DNA of 43,960 bases from Octopus bimaculoides (lineage: Eukaryota). The notes beneath the pieces are model-generated. The model ran no database searches, had not been told where the DNA came from, and saw only the letters and a list, made by a program, of their open reading frames with translations. The stretch lies in the NCBI RefSeq assembly GCF_001194135.2, contig NC_068988.1, forward strand, positions 31,922,147 to 31,966,106, read 5' to 3'. The position numbers and the translations under genes are program-made. Below are positions 1-12,870 of this stretch, one piece after another (positions within the stretch are counted from its first letter, which is position 1; each line of letters opens with the position of its first letter).

Positions 1-313
1 CACATCCACATAACTTTCCAGAAAAACCTCGGAACTTTTCCTGAAGTGGCTCATCTCCGGAAATTTCGTGGAAGTTCCAACATTGGAACTTCCCAAGAAA
101 TCCCAAATTTGGAACTTTCCAGGAAGTTCCAACCTTGGAACTTTCCAGGAAATCCCATCCTCAAAACTTTCCAGGAAGTGACTCTTCCTTAGATCTTACC
201 AGGAAATCGTAGGAACTTTCCAGGAAATCAGGAAAACTTTCCAGAATGTGGCTCGGAACATTCCAAGAAATCCCATCGTCGGAACTTTCCAGGAAGTAGC
301 TCGTGCTGGAAGT
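1..313. repeat. Degenerate ~26-bp minisatellite with core GGAACTTTCCAGGAA (starts before the window)
   Basis: Exact TTCCAGGAA at 117, 143, 169, 218 and 287 (first spacings 26, 26), plus variants TTCCAGAA, TTCCAAGAA, TTCCTGAA. Confidence 0.8.
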
Positions 314-460
314 ATAACTAACGTGCCAGCCAATTTGCATAGCGGTAATTTTTCTCGCTTTACTTTGTGGGTTCCAATGCCAACGCAGTCGATTTTGTCT
401 TTCATTCTTTCGTTGTTGATAAAGTGCCAGCTGAGAATTAGGGTCTCGACGTGATCGAGT
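303..460 (+). mobile_element. Degenerate SINE copy (major family of this window)
   Basis: GTCGATTTTGTCTTTCATTCTTTCG...GATAAAGTGCCAG resembles the reverse complement of the better-preserved copies at 32613-32774 and 36861-37015. Confidence 0.55.
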
Positions 461-822
461 TACACTGTCGCACCATATTTCAAGTAGTGTGCCTAATGTA
501 GAAAGAATATTTGTGTGTTGGTGTGCTTGCGTTTGTTGGTCAGTGTCTGTTGGTCAGTGTGTTTGTATGTGTGTTTACATATACATATATATGTTTAAAA
601 TTCCTTGCTTTAAGGGCATTGCGAAAGGACTGACTGGAGGGCCAACCTTCCGAGATCGTTGTTGCAGGGGTCAGAAAAAACTGAGGGATCACTGTACTGC
701 GTCAATCTAAGAGGGGATATGTTGAATAAAATCAGAGTGAGCTGATCCTCCTGCATTTTCTTTTATCTACAGCCAGGAACTTTTTCAGCACTCCTTCGTG
801 TATGTGTGTATAGGCACACATA

Positions 823-1290
823 CAGTGTACGATGGGCAAATTATCACCATATTATACATTTAATTCCGCGCATGTGCATTGTTTGTTTTTGATTTTGTCG
901 ACTAGAAGGCATCGTAGGGTCAGTTGGAAGATCCAGTACAAACTGATGGTGAACAGAATGACCGTTGGCTTGCCGTGTCCCCAAAACCTGTACGGAGTGT
1001 GATACAAATCAAACATTCAGTGAACATCATGGTGTTTGGAGTGATCACTAGTGATGGCGACGTTGTGCCTCCATTCATCTTCCCACACGCTCTCACATTG
1101 AACACAGAGGCCTACATGAAGTGCGTGGAGGAGGTAGTGCTCCACTGGGTCAAGACCCTATATCTAGCAACATCACCCTTAACACCTGGCTACCTAACTC
1201 CTGAGACTGCACCATTCTTGATCATTGTATGTGGGGCGCAGTTTAGAGCGGGATCAACAAAACTGCTTGTAACACCAACAAACCATGCAG
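823..1290 (+). mobile_element. Internally deleted Tc1/mariner (maT/DD37D-like) element: 5' end plus transposase catalytic-domain remnant
   Basis: TA|CAGTGTACG terminus. Translation QNDRWLAVSPK...KHSVNIMVFGVITSDGDVVPPFIFPHALTLNTEAYMKCVEEVVLHWVK, then in a shifted frame WLPNS*DCTILDHCMWGAV, matching the WPPNSPDxNPLDYxVWG motif. Confidence 0.85.
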
Positions 1291-2544
1291 AGTGAAGCCA
1301 CATGACACAGATTGATCTTAAACACCACTGTGAATGCGCAGTACTTATTAACATTCTAGCTCACTTCTGCTGTTTAATGTAGTCGCATTGACCATGGCAG
1401 AACATTTTCATGGTGATACCAGCTCAGAGGGCTACACAAAATGTATGGATAGTAGTGTAGGGCATACTTTTGTGAATTATCTAGTTGGTTAAGGTAGATG
1501 TATGGACCTTACGTAACGATGCTCTAGTAACCATCGTACGAATCTTGGTGAATAAAGTGACGATCAAAAGTTATATCGAAGAATCATGTCGATATATGCA
1601 CTTCACTGTGCCCAAGTTGGCATACCTATGAAATCATGGCTCAACTTAAACTACATTATACCAGAAAATTCTTTCGGATGATGTGACCGCAAGAAAAGTT
1701 AGTATTCTAATTAAAACAGCTAGTTGTGTTAATATCAATTAACGTCTATATGTTTCATCATACCAGCAGCTATGCTAGTATTATAAATAGTTTCCGTCGA
1801 GTGGTCTTACTCAGAGTTAGAATAATTCATAATTAATTTATGTTTACTTTCCGATTTAAAATAATTCAATACATTTTACATTCTGAAGTGTTGAGGCCTG
1901 GCGAAGTTTGACTAAAATTGGTGACTCAAGGACCATATAGGTAGTGAAAGTGAAACTATTCCTGAAAATACTGTAGAAACTTTTTTGTTTTGTTTTATAT
2001 GGAACTTTCCCGTTGTAGATTAATTCTTCAACATAAATATCTGAGATATCGTCCATTAGTTCACATAAAAACTTATAAACCAAACCGCAATGTACCAATT
2101 GGAGAAACAAACGCGCACTTCGTTGACAAAAGTCATATTCGCAAACTAAGCAGACTTGCTTATCTCACATTCACTTGTAGGAAAGTTGTAGCATAGTAGA
2201 AACCATTTTTATTAAAGAAGTGCGCCGCGACAAGGCAAATATTATATACGTGCATAAACAATAACTTTAATGAGACAAATAACAGTGTTTGCATATTAAT
2301 AAGAAAATTATATGAACATATAAACCGTAAGAAACTCTTCTTCAAATTATGTTATCCTTCTAAATGAATGTGGAAAATCAACTGGATCAAATGTTATGCA
2401 GACAAGGAATAACAACTCCAGGCATACAAACCATTTACGCGAACAACCAATATAACATTGTGCCGAGTCAAAACTTTTGCAATATTTTGGTAAATTATTT
2501 GCTTTTTCCGTCAAGCTACAACAAAAGCAGCCTAGCATTCAAAG

Positions 2545-2775
2545 CAGAAAATCATGCTGCACCGTCTGGTACCACTTTTCTACCTGTTCTCTGATCCCAC
2601 GCTGATGCCAGTTCTTGCACTTCGAGGCGAATAGCTCCTACCCTGAAGCTTCAACCTCATCTTGGTTTATGAAGCGTCGCGAGTGCAAGAAGCGAGCCAT
2701 CGATGAAAACAAGTAATAATCTAAGGGAGGTAAGTCTGGGCTATGTGCTGGGTGTAGCACCTGTTCGATTCCCTC
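2545..2775 (-). mobile_element. Mariner (DD34D) transposase 3' fragment, pseudogenised
   Basis: QVLHPAHSPDLPPLDYYLFSSMARFLHSRRFINQDEVE (decayed HPPYSPDLAPSDY motif), then after a frameshift ELFASKCKNWHQRGIREQVEKWYQTVQHD. Confidence 0.85.
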
Positions 2776-3399
2776 ACGATCTGCGTGTTCGTTTCTCATT
2801 TTGTCATCTGTGATTTCATTTTTCATCTTCTATATAAATGAAGATATTTTCTCTGGCTGCTTTTCTCTCCACAAAACGGAAAGTTACATTGCGGAACAAT
2901 CATTTTAACGATTTATACTTATTTATCACCCGACGAGGTACATCTGCATCACCGGATGCTCCTGAGCCAGTTGTTGAGGGACCACCCAAGAGGAATCGAT
3001 GCTAGATGTGTCGAAACAATTGTCGCGATTAATAATAAAAGTTTCGTAACATCGAAGCCTTTCTGGTACGCAGTTTTTATTTTATTATTATTTGCTCCCG
3101 AATGTAACCGCGCTTGCAGGGTGGATTGGAAAAATATAGTGTATAAGTATGCAGCTCGCTCTTATATATTAATTTTAGCAACCCCACCGATGAAGTACAG
3201 ATGACAAAATAATTTATTTGCTCATCAATACACAAACACATGTTTCGGGTTAACTATATAAATATTTATTTTCATTCTCTTTGAATTTGCTTTTATTCGT
3301 GGTCTAGCATGTAAGGTGCCCTGTTAAAGGTCATCTTAATTGTTTGTACATTATTATATATGAAAATATGTTGTCTATTTACTTTATTATGCATGCTAG

Positions 3400-3702
3400 C
3401 CACTGGTATGGACATTATTGACTGGATGTTTCACTTTTATCACTCTCGGTACGTGCACTGTCCTCAGATTGACACCCAAACACTCCTAAATATTTGTGTT
3501 GGAGCTTCTCGCATGAATACCAAGCAGTACAGCATGTCGTTTCCAAGTTTCTGCAGAGTGAGTTGCGTCGTAATGCTGTTTTTCTCACAGACGGTGCACA
3601 ACTGACCCTACAATACAGTGTAGTCGAGAAAAGCAAAAACAAACAATGCGCATGCGTGAAAGTAAAAGTATAATATAGCGACAATTTACCTTTCGTACCC
3701 AG
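3400..3702 (-). mobile_element. Second internally deleted copy (5' end) of the maT-like family, inverted relative to 823-1290
   Basis: 3598-3702 is the reverse complement of 823-927 (about 80% identity by eye) and ends at TA 3703-3704. Minus translation WKRHAVLLGIHARSSNTNI*ECLGVNLRTV is joined to VPRVIKVKHPVN, which matches IQIKHSVN in the other copy. Confidence 0.8.
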
Positions 3703-4399
3703 TATATATACGTATATTATGCCCTAGTTTAACTACAGGCAAATAAGTAGGTGGTTGGAGACTAGTAATCAGTTGATAAATAATTTATAACATAGCATAT
3801 TTATCATCTGTACTTTGAAATTGATGCATTGTGTTTACTGTAGCCGAAAGAAGAGTGTTTCTTAAACATAGATATCTAATGTCAGATCAGTATTTAATAA
3901 AAAAGTGGAAGTATAATTTGCACTCGTGCATTTAATACATCAAAAGTTACATATTTAAATCGTCTTTGAAGTCACACCATAACTCTAAGAAAATAAACAT
4001 AAAAGTAGCTTATGATAGTGAATTTATAAACATACGATAAAAATAAAAAAATGAAAGCTTGGATACTCATTTGATCATATCATTTTTAAGTATGAAAAAA
4101 ATTTATAGTTTAACTTCACAAACACTACGTGATGGGAATTATAATTGTAAAACTTAGGAAAATCCATACAAAAATTTAATTTCAATTTATCTCATCTGCA
4201 TTTTGTCTAACTACTTTAAATGTTAGTTATATTTAACGTAAGGAAAATATAGCAATTTTGTGCATTTCAGTAAAATGGATGACGTGGAATAACAGATTTT
4301 TCATTGGGAAATAACGGAGAACCAATACAAATTATAGTATTGAAAAACGTTGCATTGATGTTTATAATGGAATATAACAGAAATCCGTTACAATGATAT

Positions 4400-5480
4400 A
4401 ATAGAAAACAATTACATAGATTTCTATTACAGAAAGTATGATTTAAATATTATCTAAGTGAGTCAATTTCAAATAGGTAGAAGGTAGATTTTCAGAGTGA
4501 ATGTTATAGTCGAAAGAACTGTTATTCAATTTAGTGAAGGCACTAACGTGATCGAGCTATATGAGACCAACAACAAAGAATTTTTGGCAGATGTCTACTA
4601 TTTCGCATAAAGTTTTCATCAACCAGAAATTTTGTCAGCTCTGTAAAGTATTGTTGGCTTTGTTTTTACAGTGTGGAGTGCGCTGGTTGCTCCCGCATTA
4701 TATGTATTGATAAATGGAATCATATTTTTTTATCTTTTTACTTGGGTGTCCTGATTTGTATGATGTCCAGCTTCGACGTCTTTATAATTGCACTATTTAT
4801 TAATTTTAAGGTGTAATTCTGTTGTCTGGGAAGCTTTTGAGTTTACTGAGTCGCATTTGACGTATATCCAGATCAACTACATCTTGCAATACTATATAGA
4901 AGATTCCTTTTGATGTATGAATCATGGCAAGAGTAGAAGTTCAAATACTGGTGTGTGTCTATTTTTTCTTTTGTAAAATATATCAGTTTTTACTGTGGAA
5001 TCGCGAACCTTTACATGAATATCTAAGAACAGTAAGTCATTATATCTGGTTTATGAAGTTAATTTGATAGATGAGCGATGGGTGTTCAGAATGTTATTGA
5101 ATATTTGTAGATCATCATTTGATTTTTAACATATTATAAAGCAGTCAGGGAGGAAGGGTTTCCACTTTTCAATGACATTCCACTCGAAATTTTAGTGAAA
5201 GTTTTCTCTATTTCTTTTCATAGTTTTACTTCTAAAAATCCCATAATCAGGTTAGCATTTGAGGCTCCAAATTTCGTTGCTGTGTCTGCGCCCTTTATTC
5301 CAACAGTACTTGTACCAGTATGTCAATGATTATATAACTGCATCTGGAATCTAACAGGATGGAGTATAAACGATTGCTGCTGAAGTCATAGTCGTTACCA
5401 GTTTCAGAAGATATGGTCATTTAATACCATTGATATCGTATCCTGCCCGTATGCGTTGCCAGATCATGACAGACCAAGCC
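4400..5480 (-). mobile_element. Penelope-like element reverse transcriptase remnant (stops and frameshifts)
   Basis: Minus-strand motifs in PLE RT order: ANLIMGFLE (~5230-5256), KWKPFLPDCFII (decayed WxRYLDDCFII, ~5130-5170), LNTHRSSIKLT, LFLDIHV (~5017-5030), KTDIFYK, DTHQYLNFYSCH (~4923-4955), KRNLLYSIAR, IPFINTYN. Confidence 0.8.
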
Positions 5481-5506
5481 TTATATTTTGTAACCAGCGT
5501 TTAGAA

Positions 5507-5760
5507 GGCATGTGGCCTATTGGTTAGGCGTGTAGCACTCTCGATCATGAGATCGTGGTTTCGATTCCCAGATTGGCCGCGCGTTGTGTTCTTCAACAAA
5601 ACGCTTCATTAATTTCACCTTGTCCCAGTGAATTCAGCTGTAAATGACTAAATCTGCGACGGACTAAACTTCCAATGAGAGTGCGTGATGTTGGGCTGCT
5701 CACCTAGCCAGTGGAGTGACATCATTTGAAAGCTACGAGTCGAAGCGCATTGTAATCTGG
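5507..5760 (+). mobile_element. tRNA-derived SINE, different family
   Basis: A-box-like TGGCCTATTGG (5513-5523) and B-box-like GGTTTCGATTCC (5557-5568), followed by a non-tRNA body (GCGTTGTGTTCTTCAACAAAACGCTTCA...CAGCTGTAAATGA). Confidence 0.7.
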
Positions 5761-6300
5761 TTGATCATGTAATCATGTTTCATAAATGTCTTATTAATCC
5801 ATGTTTCATCGTAGTCAACTTTTGATTAGCTTACACTGTCATTGAAACGATGGAATTTACATATTTTGGTTAGTAAAGATGCTTCACCAGTACAAGGAAT
5901 AAAATAAAAATTTCATTTTTGAGTTCGATGCATGAAAATTATTTAACAGGACTGTTGATTTCACAGTAGAACTCTGAGAAGCTAGTTTGTCACTCTGCTT
6001 GGTAGGAGACATAATGCGCCCAAGCTGTGTATGATAGAGACGAGGTTTTTTATACCCCAGGTGTATTCTGACCGATTTCAGTTGACACTCCGAATATATA
6101 AAGTTTAGTTTGGTGTTATGTATATATTGAACTGTTACACCAGTTTAGCGGTACTATTTGATACCATTGAAGCGACTAATAATGTTTCCTTGTTTTTAGC
6201 ATTCACACCCACCTATGATTTCGGGACACAGACTCTCTCCCATCAACCGAAAGGCAACTGAATGTGTCATGGCCACTATCTCCTAACAATGAAAAAAAGC

Positions 6301-6340
<40 letters not shown>

Positions 6341-7226
6341 NNNNNNNNNNNNNNNNNNNNNNNNNNNNNNNNNNNNNNNNNNNNNNNNNNNNNNNNNNNN
6401 NNNNNNNNNNNNNNNNNNNNNNNNNNNNNNNNNNNNNNNNNNNNNNNNNNNNNNNNNNNNNNNNNNNNNNNNNNNNNNNNNNNNNNNNNNNNNNNNNNNN
6501 NNNNNNNNNNNNNNNNNNNNNNNNNNNNNNNNNNNNNNNNNNNNNNNNNNNNNNNNNNNNNNNNNNNNNNNNNNNNNNNNNNNNNNNNNNNNNNNNNNNN
6601 NNNNNNNNNNNNNNNNNNNNNNNNNNNNNNNNNNNNNNNNNNNNNNNNNNNNNNNNNNNNNNNNNNNNNNNNNNNNNNNNNNNNNNNNNNNNNNNNNNNN
6701 NNNNNNNNNNNNNNNNNNNNNNNNNNNNNNNNNNNNNNNNNNNNNNNNNNNNNNNNNNNNNNNNNNNNNNNNNNNNNNNNNNNNNNNNNNNNNNNNNNNN
6801 NNNNNNNNNNNNNNNNNNNNNNNNNNNNNNNNNNNNNNNNNNNNNNNNNNNNNNNNNNNNNNNNNNNNNNNNNNNNNNNNNNNNNNNNNNNNNNNNNNNN
6901 NNNNNNNNNNNNNNNNNNNNNNNNNNNNNNNNNNNNNNNNNNNNNNNNNNNNNNNNNNNNNNNNNNNNNNNNNNNNNNNNNNNNNNNNNNNNNNNNNNNN
7001 NNNNNNNNNNNNNNNNNNNNNNNNNNNNNNNNNNNNNNNNNNNNNNNNNNNNNNNNNNNNNNNNNNNNNNNNNNNNNNNNNNNNNNNNNNNNNNNNNNNN
7101 NNNNNNNNNNNNNNNNNNNNNNNNNNNNNNNNNNNNNNNNNNNNNNNNNNNNNNNNNNNNNNNNNNNNNNNNNNNNNNNNNNNNNNNNNNNNNNNNNNNN
7201 NNNNNNNNNNNNNNNNNNNNNNNNNN
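6341..7226. other. Assembly gap. Other gaps: 9013-9264, 13005-13064, 15787-16439, 17401-18051, 21000-21943, 22853-23206, 31413-31657, 37339-37761
   Basis: Runs of N, mostly adjoining (TA)n, (CA)n, (CT)n or (TTC)n microsatellites. Confidence 0.99.
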
Positions 7227-9264
7227 TATTTCATTCTGAACGAATATTCATTCACATGAGATTAGGTTTACTCAATTCGCTTGTTTTTAATCAGTGAAAT
7301 TGTTCAGCTCCGTAAACAATGACCGATGTCTATCTATGTTAATTGTCGAAATGGTTATAGTCTGAAAGTAATATTTAGGGACTGTAGGTGATAAGACAAA
7401 TAAACAAAGAAAGAAAATAAAAAAAATAAATGAATAAAGAAAACAAGAAATAAATAAAAATAAAAGCAAAAGTAAAAGAAAAACGTCGATCAGAATACCC
7501 ATTTTCTTACGGATATTTTGTTTCCGGGAGAGTTTCACTTACTTATATGTCCAAATTGAAAGAAATAGGGAACTTAAATGACTTACAGAATATGATATAG
7601 GGGAAAAGAGAGAATTAATAGAGGGTCATGGTCAAGGTTCATAATTAAGAATTTCTAACTTATGTGTGAAACTGGATCGTTTTGTGAGAAAAAAAAGACA
7701 ACAAAAAAAAAAACACTCAGGTGGTGAATTGGCGGAGTTGTCAGGGAATCAGAGAGAAGGATTTGCAGAATTTCTTCGACTGACTGTGTACAGAGTTCAA
7801 CATCTCAGAGGTGGATTGTCAGAATTTTAGAAACGTGAAACCAGATACTTGTGGAATTTATTCCGGCTCTTTGCGTTATAATTTCAAACGTCAATAAGGG
7901 CAGTATATTTAAACCGTCACCAAGGCTAACTACACCGCTTAGCGCCTGTGGTATTTCTAGAAATATTCCCAAGCTTGAAGCCTATCCTCATCGCTGGCAA
8001 ACGGGACAGGATTTCAGGTTCAATGTATCTTTTTTCATCCATATCGCAAGACTAGGAAGCCCCGTAACGAGTCATGTACGAGTCATATATACATTCTCTT
8101 CTGACTAAAATATATAAACGTAGTATACTCTCATTTATATTACAACTGAAGTACAGGACCGGTAAATTATCTTACTTGTCTTGAAAAAGTGATTGTGAAG
8201 CTCAGACGAGTTATAAAACATAACCTACATAATAGTAGTTCTTCATTTAATCGAGTCTAGTACTTGATTTTCTGGAGCCACGAGGGATGAAAATAACATT
8301 TATCATTGATGTAATTTGAACTTATTACTTAACAGTATATAACTAAATATAACAAATCTAACATCGACTAGAAATATTTATTGTTAGATGTTGTGCACTC
8401 ATACTACCGTTGTTGCTATATCATTCCTCAATGAACAGGCATCAAAAATTGCTCGAACTATTAGAAATTGCAGTCAAATTTCGCTCAGAACAAACACGAT
8501 ATTCTCGCGAAGGAGTGTTATTTTGTATAATGTAATCCTAGATATACTATATCTGAAAGAAAGACAAGATAAAATTGGCTAGGAATAATAAAATATAGAA
8601 ACCAATCTTTCATGAAGATTATTACCGAAATGATAATACCAGATTAACACGTGACAATATACTTCGCGGCTTCACTGTCATGATTCTTGCGCATCTCTTA
8701 TACTAGAATTACTACCATCGAGTATAAGCATTTTTCTATTGAAATGCCCAACTAAGGTTATATAATCACAAGTATTCTTGATGGAAACGGACACCCCAAC
8801 CAATTTTAATTATTTCCCTAACTAATTTCGTAGCTTCTTGCAAATTACAACATCCGACCCTATCGGATGATTTTCGCATTTCTAGATCAAGACAATCCAT
8901 CTTACATCTCCTGTTACAGTTCAGTACCTCTACTACTCGTACAGTTTGACATTCCTTGTTCGTAATGTCTTCTTAGTTCCACTGAGTTGCGCGATATATA
9001 TGTATGTATATANNNNNNNNNNNNNNNNNNNNNNNNNNNNNNNNNNNNNNNNNNNNNNNNNNNNNNNNNNNNNNNNNNNNNNNNNNNNNNNNNNNNNNNN
9101 NNNNNNNNNNNNNNNNNNNNNNNNNNNNNNNNNNNNNNNNNNNNNNNNNNNNNNNNNNNNNNNNNNNNNNNNNNNNNNNNNNNNNNNNNNNNNNNNNNNN
9201 NNNNNNNNNNNNNNNNNNNNNNNNNNNNNNNNNNNNNNNNNNNNNNNNNNNNNNNNNNNNNNNN

Positions 9265-9310
<46 letters not shown>

Positions 9311-9476
9311 CCAAAAAAGTGTTCATCGATTTAGTCATCCTTGATGAATTTTCAAAAGAGCAAAAGTTAAGTCTTACTTCAGATCACCGATGTAATTCAT
9401 ACCCAGCTGCACTGCGGCAGTAAACATGATAAATATAGCCTACTACATTTGGGAAATTCATCGAATTAACAACTGC

Positions 9477-9551
9477 ATAGATTCGGCACATCAATATGAC
9501 TCTTCGTAAACTGTATAGGTTCGGCACATCAATATGACTCGTCGTAATTGT
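9477..9551. repeat. 38-bp tandem duplication
   Basis: ATAG(A/G)TTCGGCACATCAATATGACTC(T/G)TCGTAA starts at 9477 and again at 9515. Confidence 0.9.
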
Positions 9552-11524
9552 CCTCAAAATAGTCAACTTCGTTTATAGTACAGTGTACAGTCTCTCCTAG
9601 AACCCACATTTCAACAGATCATTTCTGACGATTGTTACATCTGTGAAATCATCCTACGCGCAATGTCTTCTATGTCTTCTCCGTACGCAACATTTCTAAG
9701 GAGAAACATTCCATAATTTTCACTTGCATAATCCGCAATAACGCATATTCAAAAATTCATTTCTATTTTTCTCTACTAGTAAAGCCCCTACAATAACATA
9801 TTTTTAAAGTATCTGCAAGTGAACACAATGCTTTCCCTCACTTTTATTAAAAGAAAATTATCGGTCCTGAAAATTTCCTCCCAGTACCTAAAAAAGTAGC
9901 AGTTCATAGCTTGTCAAGCACTTCAGTGCTTCGCGCTCCATATCCGAGAAAAGGAACCGCTTTGGTACGGTTAAGTATTAAACTTTCGATCCATTTTCCT
10001 CTTTCTTTGTCATAAATCGACGTACATGCTTATTAGTTTACTCTGTACCGTAATGCATTGCTTATTTTTTCCGAGTATGCTGAATGCTTTTGATTTTAAG
10101 TATTTAATACGCTAACACGATTCGTCTGTTCACTACTATTTGATTCTTATTCTCTGATAGCCGAAATAGTTCTTAGTATTTTGATCGGAATTGTACGTGC
10201 GTATGTTAACGGCTTTTATGTTGTTAGATTGACTTTCCATCTAAAGACATCTAATTTTAAGTGAGCAATATATTTAAATAATATGGCTGATGGAAAAACC
10301 TCAGGGGAGCGTTCTGCATACTAAACACAAATAAGATAACGTCTGAATATACTTAATGTTTGTTTATGCATTTGATGCCTGTAAGTATATGAAATGAACT
10401 CCCTAAATCCCACTATTAATTTCCGGCATTAAAGTAAATGACATTATTCAAAATCTCTTGTCAGAATTCTTACGTTATATCCAACTTGTTCAAAACTGCT
10501 TAAAACATCCTATCATAAAATTGCAGCAGCTAAATACAAATTTACACATGATTAAAAATAACTCGAAATATAGAAGTGAAGCAAACGATAATAATTGGCA
10601 TTTCCAACAAAGGTACAAACTGATACAGTTTAGGGAAGTGTTGCAGTCGAGTTAATAAACATACACTAATTAACTAGCAGTTATTTTATCAAAACTGAAT
10701 GGTTTAAATGTACGGACGTCCCTCTAAATCGTTGCACAATCTGCAAGAAATAGCAAAACCTTTTCCTCAAATCACTCTATTTGAGTATGAAACAGAAGAT
10801 GATTATATAATTTTCATAACAAACAAGATGGGCACTATTGGAATTTCTTTGAACTTATGTCTGCTAAATTAAGTTTGACCTGGGATTAGGCAACTGTAAT
10901 CTTAGAACAACGAAAGGCAAATATTGCCCCATCTGGATGTGTAATCAGAAGTTACAGGTACATAATAAATTCTGACAAGAACCGTGGGAATTTCTGCGAA
11001 CTCTGTATACTGCTTAAAATATCTCTAATAAATATCTAGTTACCTTTTCGTTTATTGGAATGTCGTTTCTTATTTTGTAGTTCCTTATGTCCATCTTATA
11101 CAGTAGCTACGGAATAATCAAAATATACATGTCAAGCTGGAAAATTCTACGTTGCATTCAACGTGCCAGAAATAATAGTCAACTCTCACTCAAATATCAT
11201 CTTGTCATCTTTATGACAAAATCCATAAATTAGATGAGGGGTTGGTTCTGAAGTAGGTACATCTAAATTACTATCTTGCAATGTTTAGGGTTTACATATC
11301 TCTTCGATGGGGAAAGGTTGTACATAAATATGAAGTAGACTATCCATCTGACTATCGGTTTATTTGATCGAGTTTATCCTTGAATTAAGTCTCAATAACA
11401 ACAATACATTCAATGTATTTAGTGTTAATGTGATGGTAGACAACACTTTGTTGTTGGTATGGTTTAGTACACCGTTACTGGGTCGCTTTCAATTAACATG
11501 CTTACCGCATAATTGGTTTCAAAT

Positions 11525-11722
11525 TTTCGCACAAGGAGGTAGTTACAGGGGCGGTGCTAAGTCGATTACGTCAACTCCAGTGCGCAAATGGTACTTATTT
11601 TATCTACGCCGAGATTGTGGAAGGCAAACTCGACCCTGGCATTTGAGCTCCGAACGCAAAGTCGAAAGAAATGTCGTAAAGCATTTTGTTCGGTGTGGTA
11701 ACGATTCTACCCGATCACCATC
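11525..11722 (-). mobile_element. SINE copy, near full length
   Basis: AGTCGATTACGTCAACTCCAGTGCGCAAATGGTACTTATTTTATC...GGCAAACTCGACC...TTTGAGCTCCGAACG is colinear with 32613-32774. Confidence 0.75.
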
Positions 11723-12507
11723 TTATGTTTATTACATAATTAACATTTTGAATTACAAGACGTTCAAGGGAAATAGCTCGATATAAGTATGAAGGTCCCA
11801 ACTAAGATTTTGTATTCTTTCAGTCGGTGAATTATAGTCCTGGAAGACTGTGTTTCTATCTGGGTAAAAGCTTTGTGCCAAAGAATGGATTTGATCAGCC
11901 AAAAGACTGATAATATTTAGCATTTTGCCTGTCTTGTACAAACGCCTATCATAACCACACTTCTAATTTACGGTACTGGACAAATAATTCAGAAAACTAC
12001 CCGGTCCGAAGGGGGAGAAATGAGTGACTGATGATTTATCAGAGAAAATCTTTGTTTTCTATGGAGACAGTGACCACGTCTGACAGTCTAGATACGTTCT
12101 TTCCGTTGATAAGGGAAAGAAAAGGTTTTCTATTTACAGTCGTCTTATATTATCCAGTTTTATAGAGCTCACGATGAACGGCTTTCTTTGACGCAGAGTC
12201 AGTACGCTTTCGTTTAGATTCGCTGTACATTTTGCTGTATTTCTTTTTTGTTTTAGATACATTGCGTTTCACTATTCAACAGACACCTTTTGTACGTTTC
12301 GTGTTCCGAATGGAATTAAGCATATCAAAGCTGGATTTACAGTGCTTTTCCAATACCACCATGGTTTTCAGATAAACAGTTCAACTCGTTATTTGATGAC
12401 ACAAACATCAACTATCAGCACTCTGATAATTGTTCTTCCTTACTTCGAAGGAATGTATGTATGTATGTATATATGTATGTATGCATGTATGCATATATAC
12501 ATACGTG

Positions 12508-12509
12508 TA

Positions 12510-12564
<55 letters not shown>

Positions 12565-12565
12565 A
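12508..12565. repeat. (TATC)n microsatellite; a longer compound (TATC)n/(TGTC)n/(TC)n tract lies at ~20825-20995
   Basis: Direct inspection. Confidence 0.95.
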
Positions 12566-12619
12566 TATATATATATTTGTATATTTACGCATGCACACAC
12601 ACGAACATAACGTATATTT

Positions 12620-12826
12620 TCTTTTATTCTTTTATACTTTTACTTGCTTCAGATATTTGATTGTGGCCATACTGGAGCACCGCCTTTAATCAAGCAAATT
12701 GACACCAGTACTTAGCCTTTGTACTTATTCTACCAACCTATTTTACTGAACTGCTAAGTTTCAGAAGTAAACACATCAGCATGCATTATTAAGCGATGGT
12801 GGAGAACAAACACAGGCACACACTCA

Positions 12827-12830
<4 letters not shown>
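12620..12830 (-). mobile_element. SINE-type 3' module; its inverse copy is at 20440-20625
   Basis: GGCCATACTGGAGCACCGCC...GAACTGCTAAGTT is the reverse complement of TAATTTAGCGGTTC...CAGTGCTTCAGCATGCCCGCAGTC at 20475-20595; A-rich tail on the minus strand. Confidence 0.7.

Positions 12831-12870
<40 letters not shown>

Noticed and set aside
6210-6250. Minus-strand TTGATGGGAGAGAGTCTGTGTCCCGAAATCATAGG, hammerhead-like
   Set aside because: C3 and A9 are altered and no helix I or III can be formed.
8395-8580. Peptide VAISFLNEQASKIARTIRNC..., faintly like a PLE linker
   Set aside because: Too degenerate to call without a profile search.
10690-11030. Plus-strand ...GNFCELCILLKI, possibly another PLE endonuclease C-terminus
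   Set aside because: Only the CxxC is convincing; many stops.
12022-12120. CTGATGA followed shortly by GAAA
   Set aside because: No helix II between them; the local hairpins are unrelated to a hammerhead fold.
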